IMG/VR virus record: IMGVR_UViG_2778261535_000010
Length of the DNA: 18,578 nucleotides
Reading direction: 5' to 3' (one strand)
From: a virus
Taxonomy: Duplodnaviria > Heunggongvirae > Uroviricota > Caudoviricetes
Position numbers and translations under genes: made by a program. This document shows, piece by piece, positions 7,130-14,681 of the stretch. The notes below the pieces were generated by a model. The model was not told the DNA's origin, searched no databases, and saw nothing but the letters and a program-made list of their open reading frames with translations. Every line of letters begins with the position of its first letter. Position 1 is the stretch's first letter.

Positions 7130-9244
7130 ATGAGCCACCTGGATTTTACCCTGAGCCTGATCGATAAGCTGACGCGGCCATTAAAAACGGCCCAGTCTTC
7201 GCTGTCTGGCTTTGCTGAAAAATCGCAGGCATCTTTTACAAAAATCGGGATCGGTGCGGCGGCTGTCTGGGGCGTGGCGCAGTCCATCGCGGGCGTGGTG
7301 GGTCCGGCATATGAGATGAACGCCGCACTTGCAGAAGTGGGTTCCAAAGGCGTGGCAGAGGACGCGCTGAAGCGTCTGTCCGGCGAAGCTATGCGATTCA
7401 GTATGCGCTACGGCAAAGGGGCCGTTGATGTGGTCCGGTCAAGCTACGCGATGAAAGGTGCAATGGCGGGCCTGTCCGATCTGGACCTGCCCCGCGTCAC
7501 CATCGCGGCCAATACCCTTGCGGCAGGCGTCAAGGCCAGCGGCGAAGAGGCAGGCGAATACATCGGCGCGATGGCGTCACGTTTCAACGCGGAGTTGTCC
7601 AGTCTGGGCCATGTGCGTTTTGCCGAAGAGCTGGCAGGGAAAACCGCGTACATGGTGCAAAACTTCGGCGTGAAAATGCAGACCATGCAGGAGCTTATCG
7701 AGGGGACGAAAAGTGCCGGTGCTGACTTTGGCGTCAGCCTGGATGAACAGTTCGCCGTCCTGGGTACGCTTTCGCGCACGCTGGGTACTGAGGCCAGCGG
7801 GATCTACGAGCAGTTTTTACGCAGCGCCCCGGCTGCCGCTGAAAAGCTGGGTATGAGCTTTGTCGATGCCACCGGAAAAATGCTGCCGATGGGCGACATT
7901 CTGCAAAAACTCCAGAGTAAATACGGGCAGAGCATTGAAGGGAACGTCAAGGCACAACAGGCGCTGGACGCCGCGTTCGGTGGCGGTGCTGACGTTATCA
8001 AAAAGCTGTACGGCCAGCAGGATAAATTAAATCGCAGTATCACCGAGCTGGGCCGAAACGACGGGATGAAACGCGCCCAGGAAATGGCCGCACGAATGGC
8101 CGAGCCGTGGGAGCGTATCAAAGCGACATTCTTTGCCATTCGCGTGGCGATTGGTAACAGGCTGATCCCTATTCTGTCACCGCTGATGAACCGTATTGCC
8201 GACGTGGGGACAAAATTTGCCCGCTGGCTGGATATGTTCCCGAATATTGCCCGCTGGCTGGGTTACATCACCCTGGGCGTGCTGTCCTTCGGGCTGGCCG
8301 GGGCGGCGGTCAATATCGTGATGGGGGTCTTTGGCTTCACCATGATGGGGCTGGCCGCAATCGCAAAAGTGCTGGGCGGTGCATGGAAACTCCTGTTATG
8401 GACGCTCAACCTGTTGCGTCCGTCCCTGCTGACGACGCGCATCGGTCTGGCCGCATTATGGATCCAGTCAAAATTGCTGGCGTTGTGGACGGGCGTCTGT
8501 CGCATCGCGCTTGCTGCATGGAATATCGCGTTAAAGGCCGGGGCCATTGCCATGCGGGTTTACGGTGCGGCGACCATGTTTGCCGGGGCTGCAATGCAAT
8601 TCCTGATGAGTCCGATCACCCTGATTATTGCCGGACTGGCGCTTCTGGCTGTGGGGGTCTGGTATGTCGTCACCCACTGGGAAGAACTGGCGGCAGCGAT
8701 CATGGATACGGCGGCTTTTGCCTGGGTGATGTCAGTCGCTGAACAGGTGGGACAGGTGTTTGCGCAGGTCTGGCAATCCATTACTGACGGCTGGGCCGTG
8801 GTGGTTGATTTCTTTGCCGGTCTTTCCCCGCTCGCCACCTTTGAAGGGTTCGCACAGACCATCGGCGGGGTATTCAGCAAACTTTTCGACGTCCTCAAAA
8901 ATACCTTTGCATCTACCTATAACTGGATTGTTGAGAAGTTAAACAAGATCCCCGGCGTCAACATCGACCTGAAAACCGTTTCGCCACCGGCAGCGGCTGC
9001 CGTTCCGGCAAACGCGGTCGTTCCTGACAGTGCTGCAGGTTCGTCGAAGCTGAACAGCCCGTCCGTGCTGACGGGGAACCGAATTAATGCAGACATCCCA
9101 CGCGGCGGCCTGATGAGTCAGGTTAAAACCGACAGCAAAACCGCTGTGGATAACCGTAAATCGTGGGGCGACACCTACATCAACGCCCCCAATGGAATCA
9201 CCCCGGCCCAGCTGGCTGAATGGCAGGAGCTTAACGCAGGATGA
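7130..9244 (+). CDS. tail tape measure protein
   Basis: 704 aa; follows the frameshifted chaperone; Ala/Gly-rich with a long central hydrophobic, helix-rich block (NIARWLGYITLGVLSFGLAGAAVNIVMGVFGF...). Confidence 0.85.
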   Translation: MSHLDFTLSLIDKLTRPLKTAQSSLSGFAEKSQASFTKIGIGAAAVWGVAQSIAGVVGPAYEMNAALAEVGSKGVAEDALKRLSGEAMRFSMRYGKGAVDVVRSSYAMKGAMAGLSDLDLPRVTIAANTLAAGVKASGEEAGEYIGAMASRFNAELSSLGHVRFAEELAGKTAYMVQNFGVKMQTMQELIEGTKSAGADFGVSLDEQFAVLGTLSRTLGTEASGIYEQFLRSAPAAAEKLGMSFVDATGKMLPMGDILQKLQSKYGQSIEGNVKAQQALDAAFGGGADVIKKLYGQQDKLNRSITELGRNDGMKRAQEMAARMAEPWERIKATFFAIRVAIGNRLIPILSPLMNRIADVGTKFARWLDMFPNIARWLGYITLGVLSFGLAGAAVNIVMGVFGFTMMGLAAIAKVLGGAWKLLLWTLNLLRPSLLTTRIGLAALWIQSKLLALWTGVCRIALAAWNIALKAGAIAMRVYGAATMFAGAAMQFLMSPITLIIAGLALLAVGVWYVVTHWEELAAAIMDTAAFAWVMSVAEQVGQVFAQVWQSITDGWAVVVDFFAGLSPLATFEGFAQTIGGVFSKLFDVLKNTFASTYNWIVEKLNKIPGVNIDLKTVSPPAAAAVPANAVVPDSAAGSSKLNSPSVLTGNRINADIPRGGLMSQVKTDSKTAVDNRKSWGDTYINAPNGITPAQLAEWQELNAG

Positions 9245-9576
9245 GTACCGAACCGTTATACATCGACCTTTTGATCACTGACGGCGATTTCACGCTGGAC
9301 AGCGGCAACGAGCCGCGCCGTTGCGATAACCGCGACAGCATCACCCAGGACATTATTCACAGCATTCTGGAAAGCGGTATCACCACCCGCCTGATCGGTG
9401 AGCGCAGCCCGACAATGCGCGGTGACGTGCTGACGCAACTGTCCTTACTGGTGGAAAGCGACGAACGTCTGGTCCCCGGCACCATATTGATCACCGAAGA
9501 AACCCTTTCGCGGTTGTATGTCACGGCGGAAACCTACGATTTCGGCCCTGTCGGTACAGAGGTTAACTATGACTGA
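9241..9576 (+). CDS. baseplate protein, possibly gp25/gpW-like wedge
   Basis: 111 aa; ATGA overlap with the TMP stop. Weak gp25-like pattern (DSITQDIIHSILESGITTRLIGER). Sits immediately before the baseplate J gene. Confidence 0.4.
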   Translation: MSTEPLYIDLLITDGDFTLDSGNEPRRCDNRDSITQDIIHSILESGITTRLIGERSPTMRGDVLTQLSLLVESDERLVPGTILITEETLSRLYVTAETYDFGPVGTEVNYD

Positions 9577-10753
9577 GAAACCCGACATTGATTTTGAAAA
9601 AGTGCTGAATGACAGCGGGATGCCCGCGACAGAGGCCGAAATTACGGCGGCATTTAAAGCCACCGTGCAGGCGGAAGGGTTCGTCACAAATACGTCGAGA
9701 ATGTCACCTTTCTGGCGGCTGATTTCGAAGATTGTCACCACGCCGGTGTTATGGCTGCGGGCGGCGCTGATCGATGTGGTTCTGCGCAATATGTTTGTCG
9801 CGACGGCCACCGGTCCAATGTTGCGCCTGCTGGCCTGGGCGGTCCATATCGTGCCTAAACCCGCCAGCGCTGCCGCTGGCGTGCTGCGGTTCTACAAGCT
9901 GAACGCGGCGGATGTGGTCGTCGTGCCAGCCGGAACACTGGTGCAAACCGAGCGTATTAACGGCGTGGTTTACGTGCTGGCCGTGAATGAAGACGTGACG
10001 CTGCCTGCCGGGGTTGAAAGCGGGCTGGTTCCCGTCACGGCGACCGGCACCGGTAGCGGCTATAACCTTGCGCCCGGCTATTACCGGATCTTACCTGTTG
10101 CGGTGGCCGGGATTGCCAGCGCGGTAAACGAGGACGAATGGCTGATTACGCCAGGGGCTAACGAGGAAAGCGACGACGAGCTGCGCGACCGGACCCGCAA
10201 CCAGTTTAATCTGGTAGGTAATTACCACTCTGACGCTATTTACCGCAGCATGATTGCCAGCGTGCTGGGCCTGAGCGTTGATCGCATTTACTTTTTGCAC
10301 GATGCCCCGCGTGGGCCGGGTACGGCAAATGCTTACCTGTTGCTGGACAGTGGCGAAATATCACAGCCCTATATTGATGCGGTTAACGACTATGTGAATA
10401 CCCAGGGCCACCACGGACACGGTGATGATCTGCAGTGTTATGCCATGCCGGAAACCAGCCACACCCTGGCGGTGACGGTCTACGTCAAAAGCGTGGAAAA
10501 CATGGAAGCGGAAGACCTGAACGCGTTAAAAACCGGTATTACTGACCTGATTCGTTGCGCGTTTCGCGAGAACGCCAATTACGACGTTAAAAAGACGCAG
10601 CCCTATTCGCGCTATTCCTTTTCGAATCTGGGCCGCGAGATCCACAAGGCTTTTCCGGTTGTCGATTCACTGCATTTTTCACTGACGGATATTGTCAGCG
10701 AACTGTCGGTCCCGCGCCTGTCAGGGTTAACGGTGGAGGTTGAAAATGACTGA
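9569..10753 (+). CDS. baseplate J-like protein (gpJ/gp47/gp6 family)
   Basis: ATG at 9569 with GAGG 7 nt upstream (the track ORF begins at 9518 without an RBS). About 394 aa. Position between the wedge and gpI-like genes matches P2 W-J-I order. Confidence 0.7.
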   Translation: MTEKPDIDFEKVLNDSGMPATEAEITAAFKATVQAEGFVTNTSRMSPFWRLISKIVTTPVLWLRAALIDVVLRNMFVATATGPMLRLLAWAVHIVPKPASAAAGVLRFYKLNAADVVVVPAGTLVQTERINGVVYVLAVNEDVTLPAGVESGLVPVTATGTGSGYNLAPGYYRILPVAVAGIASAVNEDEWLITPGANEESDDELRDRTRNQFNLVGNYHSDAIYRSMIASVLGLSVDRIYFLHDAPRGPGTANAYLLLDSGEISQPYIDAVNDYVNTQGHHGHGDDLQCYAMPETSHTLAVTVYVKSVENMEAEDLNALKTGITDLIRCAFRENANYDVKKTQPYSRYSFSNLGREIHKAFPVVDSLHFSLTDIVSELSVPRLSGLTVEVEND

Positions 10754-11339
10754 GTTTTCAACCTTGCTTGCCGGTCTGAAATTGCCGTCGTGGCTGAACA
10801 AAGGCGACCCCGCCAGGCTGTTGCGTGGCTGCGTGAAATTCTGGTCGCAGGTGTACGGGTGGATTACCTGGCCGTTAAAGCAGTTTGACCCACTGGTCTG
10901 CCCCGAACCGCTGTTAAACCTGATTGCCTGGGAACGCGACATCGTTCGGTTTAAGGGGGAGCCGCTCGACATTTTCCGCAAACGGGTGAGTTACGCATTT
11001 ATCAATGCGCAGCAGGCCGGAGAGGTGGCGGGCTTTATTGCCATTTTTGAGCGACTGGGGATTGGTTACGTTGAATTACTGGAGCGGCAGGACGGACTCG
11101 ACTGGGATGTGATTGTCGTTCGGGTGACAAACAGTCAGATTGCGGAAAATGGCGATCTCCTGCTGGAAATTATCCGTAAATATGGGCGTACATGCCGCCG
11201 TTACCAATTTGAAGTGATCACAGCCCTGCCACTGAATATCAATATCGGCTGGTATCAGGGGGAATATATTTGCTGGCCTGCCACCCTGAGTGATGTGAAT
11301 AACCAGCCCCAAATAACATACAGCGCAAGTTTGAAGTAG
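10746..11339 (+). CDS. tail protein I-like (baseplate, gpI family)
   Basis: ATG at 10746 with GGAGGT RBS; overlaps the J-like stop by 8 nt. About 197 aa, immediately upstream of the tail fiber. Confidence 0.55.
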   Translation: MTEFSTLLAGLKLPSWLNKGDPARLLRGCVKFWSQVYGWITWPLKQFDPLVCPEPLLNLIAWERDIVRFKGEPLDIFRKRVSYAFINAQQAGEVAGFIAIFERLGIGYVELLERQDGLDWDVIVVRVTNSQIAENGDLLLEIIRKYGRTCRRYQFEVITALPLNINIGWYQGEYICWPATLSDVNNQPQITYSASLK

Positions 11340-11350
11340 AGGAAAAACCT

Positions 11351-13036
11351 ATGTCACAGGCTGTTATTACAAAAGCATTTACAGAGTGGAAAGCCCAGCA
11401 GGCTATTAATAATCAGCCCGTCACGCTGGATGAATTTATTTTTGCGTATATTCCGGGGTTGGATGCTGATAAGCCGATTGATAATACCGAGACAGCACCC
11501 GCAGTGGATAAAATTGTTTATCGTCAGGTGGTGAGTAAATCCGGTGTTGTGAATGAAAACTCTGTCGTTTATTCCGTCACTATGGGGGCGGATGTGGGTG
11601 ATTTTGATTTCAACTGGATCGGTCTGGCAAATAAAGCCACCGGTACACTGGCGATGATTATTCATGCCCCGACCCAGCGTAAAATCAAAAATGCGAACGG
11701 CCAGCAGGGAAACGTTCTGGTCCGTTCCATGCTGATGGAATACAGCGGAGCCAGGGAAGCAACGGAAATTACCACCCCGGCAGAGACATGGCAGATTGAT
11801 TTTACTGCCCGGCTGGCGGCAATGGATGAACGCCAGCGCCGCGAAAATATCGATCTGTATGGCGCAGCGGCTTTTTTTGATTCGGGCTATCTGGTAGCCA
11901 AAACCGGCAATCAATTTTTTGTCACAAAGGGGGCGGGATACGTCGCCGGGTTACGTGCTGAATTGCCCGCAAACATGAATATCACTGCATCCGCGAAGCC
12001 AACAAAGGTCTGGCTTGATGTCAGCTGGACCGGGACGTTAACGAGCGAATGGGCAGTGCAGAGCAAAATCACCGTTGCCGCAGATCTTGCCGATTATGTA
12101 CTGGGCGGTGTGCAGCATTATGTCTTTGCGGTGGCGAGTATTGATGCTACCGGAAATGTCATGGACCTGCGCCCGAAAGGCACGCTGAACCACCAGGCGG
12201 CCAGTGATGCGCTGAAAAAGCATGAGCAGTCGCGAAATCACCCTGATGCCTCAATCAGCGAAAAAGGGTTTGTGCAGTTAAGCAATGCCACGAACAGCGA
12301 TTCCGAGACACTGGCCGCCACGCCAAAGGCAGTAAAAGCGGTGAATGAGAATGCGAATAAGCGCGTTCCTTCCGAACGCAAAGTGAATGGTAAGCCACTG
12401 ACGGAAGATATTGAGATTACGTCGATAACGGGTAATGCAGGGACTGCCACGAAGCTGGCTACAGCCCGCACTATAGGGGGAGTGGGGTTTGATGGTTCGG
12501 CTAACATTAATCTGCCGGGTGTAAACACTCAGGGAAACCAGAACACTACGGGTAATGCAGGGACTGCCACAAAGCTGGCTACAGCTCGCACTATAGGGGG
12601 AGTGGAGTTTGATGGTTCGGCAAACATTAATCTGCCGGGGGTAAACACTCAGGGAAACCAGAACACCACAGGTAACGCTGCAACAGCCACAAAGTTGCAT
12701 ACAGCTCGCACAATTAATGGCGTTGTTTTTGACGGTACGAAAGATATTGCTATTTCAGCAAGTGCGATTGGTTCCTACACAAAAGCGGAATCTGATGCAC
12801 GATTTCAGATAATTGTTCCTGTTTCTGGTGCGGTGGGTACTTATGCCTTCGCCCGAATTGAATCAGGTAATACCACTATTAATTTTGGTTCCACTCTGCC
12901 CGGTTCAGTACTTCGTGCAACATGTGGAGATGGCACTCTGGCCGGTAATGCTCTTGCAGGTACATGGCGATGTTGTGGAGCAACTTGGGGATCTTCCTGG
13001 TACAGTCGAAATACTGTATGGATTCGCATTGTATAA
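11351..13036 (+). CDS. tail fiber protein
   Basis: 561 aa. Contains SETLAATPKAVKAVNE and tandem KLATARTIGGVxFDGSANINL repeats typical of phage tail fibers. Followed by a tail fiber assembly gene. Confidence 0.85.
   Translation: MSQAVITKAFTEWKAQQAINNQPVTLDEFIFAYIPGLDADKPIDNTETAPAVDKIVYRQVVSKSGVVNENSVVYSVTMGADVGDFDFNWIGLANKATGTLAMIIHAPTQRKIKNANGQQGNVLVRSMLMEYSGAREATEITTPAETWQIDFTARLAAMDERQRRENIDLYGAAAFFDSGYLVAKTGNQFFVTKGAGYVAGLRAELPANMNITASAKPTKVWLDVSWTGTLTSEWAVQSKITVAADLADYVLGGVQHYVFAVASIDATGNVMDLRPKGTLNHQAASDALKKHEQSRNHPDASISEKGFVQLSNATNSDSETLAATPKAVKAVNENANKRVPSERKVNGKPLTEDIEITSITGNAGTATKLATARTIGGVGFDGSANINLPGVNTQGNQNTTGNAGTATKLATARTIGGVEFDGSANINLPGVNTQGNQNTTGNAATATKLHTARTINGVVFDGTKDIAISASAIGSYTKAESDARFQIIVPVSGAVGTYAFARIESGNTTINFGSTLPGSVLRATCGDGTLAGNALAGTWRCCGATWGSSWYSRNTVWIRIV
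12428..12750 (+). repeat. in-frame 120-bp tandem repeat inside the tail fiber gene (two near-identical copies plus a diverged third)
   Basis: Copy 1 (12428-12547) and copy 2 (12548-12667) differ at about 5 positions. From 12668 the homology continues but is diverged (GNAATATKLHTARTINGVVFDG). Confidence 0.9.
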
Positions 13037-13049
13037 TTTGGAGGTGCTT

Positions 13050-13448
13050 ATGTTTGAGAATGCAACGATTGATAACCCTCGAACCACAAATATCAATATT
13101 TATATTGATGTGGATATTCACCTGAATGATCAATCAATTACTTTTACTTCGATGCCTGACGACTCCGAAATATATAGTGTTGAGATTTATAAACGCGCTT
13201 TAAATGGCGAGTTTGGAAAAATTATAACTATTGAAAATGATGTTTTTTCGGCAAACAAACTACAAAAAGACATGTTGCAATCAAGGGCGGCTGAATCAAT
13301 TACTGTTCTTGAATATGCGGTTGAATTGAAAATGGCAACGGAAAAGGAAATGCAACTACTCAATGAATGGAAAAAATATGTAGTTTTATTAAGCCGCGTT
13401 AATTTAACAAACCCTAAATGGCCGGAGGTTCCGGGCGATGTGGCGTGA
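13050..13448 (+). CDS. tail fiber assembly protein (Tfa/gpG-like chaperone)
   Basis: 133 aa; GGAGG RBS with ATG at 13050. C-terminal NPKWPEVP motif typical of Tfa proteins. Markedly AT-rich compared with neighbouring genes. Confidence 0.7.
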   Translation: MFENATIDNPRTTNINIYIDVDIHLNDQSITFTSMPDDSEIYSVEIYKRALNGEFGKIITIENDVFSANKLQKDMLQSRAAESITVLEYAVELKMATEKEMQLLNEWKKYVVLLSRVNLTNPKWPEVPGDVA

Positions 13449-14160
13449 ATCGGTTGTAAAGATTGCTGATGATATGGGGGCGCTGGCCTGTTCCATTGTC
13501 CCCGCGCATCCCTGGGTTTACGGTCTGGGACAGAACACGGATTCAGGCGGTTATCTTAGCCCGGCCAATGCGATGGGATATCTTGCTAAAAAGCTGTTAT
13601 CCGGTGTCGGTAGCGGTGACGTCATCGTCATGATGGTGGCGGAGAATACCCACGACGCTTTTATGCAGGGACTGAATAAACTGTCCACCGTATTTCCGGC
13701 CCCGGTATTTACGCAGGTAAGCCGCATGGCCGCAGCCGCCGCAGAACTCAGCACGGTAAAAATGCAGTTGCCGGTTAAAGCCGACGTATTGCCAGCCAGT
13801 GCGCCGTTATCTGTCTCAACCAACCGGCTGGCGCTGAATGCCCAGCGGGTTGCCGCCGCTCAGCTGGCCGCCTCAGTCAGTACCACCACAACAGATCTAA
13901 AAAATCAGGTTACGGGCTTTATTCAGGAACGGGCCGGTTTGCTGGCCTCACTCAGCCAGGGACTGGACGATCTGAAAGCCGCCAGTGCGAATATTTTTTC
14001 ATTCAGTTACAGCGGGAGTTATGCCGTTGCAGCCGCTGAATTGCTGAAAGGCATCCCGCAAACAACGGCAGTGCATACCGCCGCGATGATGTTTATCGGG
14101 GATTCGTTATCTGACTTAGAGAAGATGCTACATGAGCCAGACCGCATTACTCGCGCTTGA
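13438..14160 (+). CDS. hypothetical phage protein (unassigned, Ala-rich)
   Basis: 240 aa; GGAGG RBS 9 nt upstream of ATG 13438; overlaps the Tfa stop. Phage-like G+C. No motif I can assign. Confidence 0.4.
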   Translation: MWRESVVKIADDMGALACSIVPAHPWVYGLGQNTDSGGYLSPANAMGYLAKKLLSGVGSGDVIVMMVAENTHDAFMQGLNKLSTVFPAPVFTQVSRMAAAAAELSTVKMQLPVKADVLPASAPLSVSTNRLALNAQRVAAAQLAASVSTTTTDLKNQVTGFIQERAGLLASLSQGLDDLKAASANIFSFSYSGSYAVAAAELLKGIPQTTAVHTAAMMFIGDSLSDLEKMLHEPDRITRA

Positions 14161-14674
14161 TGGTGAAGGGATCGCCATGCAAAACATGCTGGTTTCACCT
14201 TCCATGCAGTTTCAGGAGAAGGACCAGTCGGGCCAGACATCGAGCACGGCCAATGCTGAACAGGGTATCAAGGCCAAAGAGCTGCGCGTGTCGGGTCTGG
14301 TGACATTCGACGACGAAGCCGTTTTACAGCGGCTTTTCCAGCTGGCATCCGCAACCGAAGCCAGCGGCGCACTGAAAAAGTACCGCGTCGCAAATGCGAC
14401 GGCAACGGCTATCAACCTTCGTGAAGCCACGTTCACCGGCCAGATTGATGCCGTACCGCAGGAGGATCGCCTTGCCTGGCAGGTAAGTTTTACCCTGCGT
14501 GAAAAAGGCAGCGTCCCGGAAAAACGACAGGCCCGCAAAGGTAATGCGACGGCCAGCACCAAGCAAACGGGGTCAAAGGGCGCGGGTTCGGCTGCCGGTG
14601 CTGACGAGCCAGCCGACAAAATGAGCTGGTTTGAAGAAAAGGTCTTAAAGCCGGTCAACGATGCGCTGGGGTAA
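14132..14674 (+). CDS. hypothetical phage tail protein (possibly gpU-like tube initiator)
   Basis: 180 aa; alternative start at 14177 has a better RBS (GAAGGG). Assignment rests only on size and its position just upstream of the hub/spike gene. Confidence 0.35.
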   Translation: MSQTALLALDGEGIAMQNMLVSPSMQFQEKDQSGQTSSTANAEQGIKAKELRVSGLVTFDDEAVLQRLFQLASATEASGALKKYRVANATATAINLREATFTGQIDAVPQEDRLAWQVSFTLREKGSVPEKRQARKGNATASTKQTGSKGAGSAAGADEPADKMSWFEEKVLKPVNDALG

Positions 14675-14681
14675 TTAAACG

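Noticed and set aside
12428-12750. Tandem repeats considered as a CRISPR-like or noncoding repeat array
   Set aside because: The units are 120 bp with no spacers and are in frame within the tail fiber ORF, encoding a known fiber repeat motif.
12700-13448. Possible invertible host-range segment (Mu G or P1 C type) around the fiber C-terminus and Tfa
   Set aside because: No second inverted Tfa or fiber-tail copy, no flanking inverted repeats and no invertase gene are present. The composition shift is better explained by module exchange.
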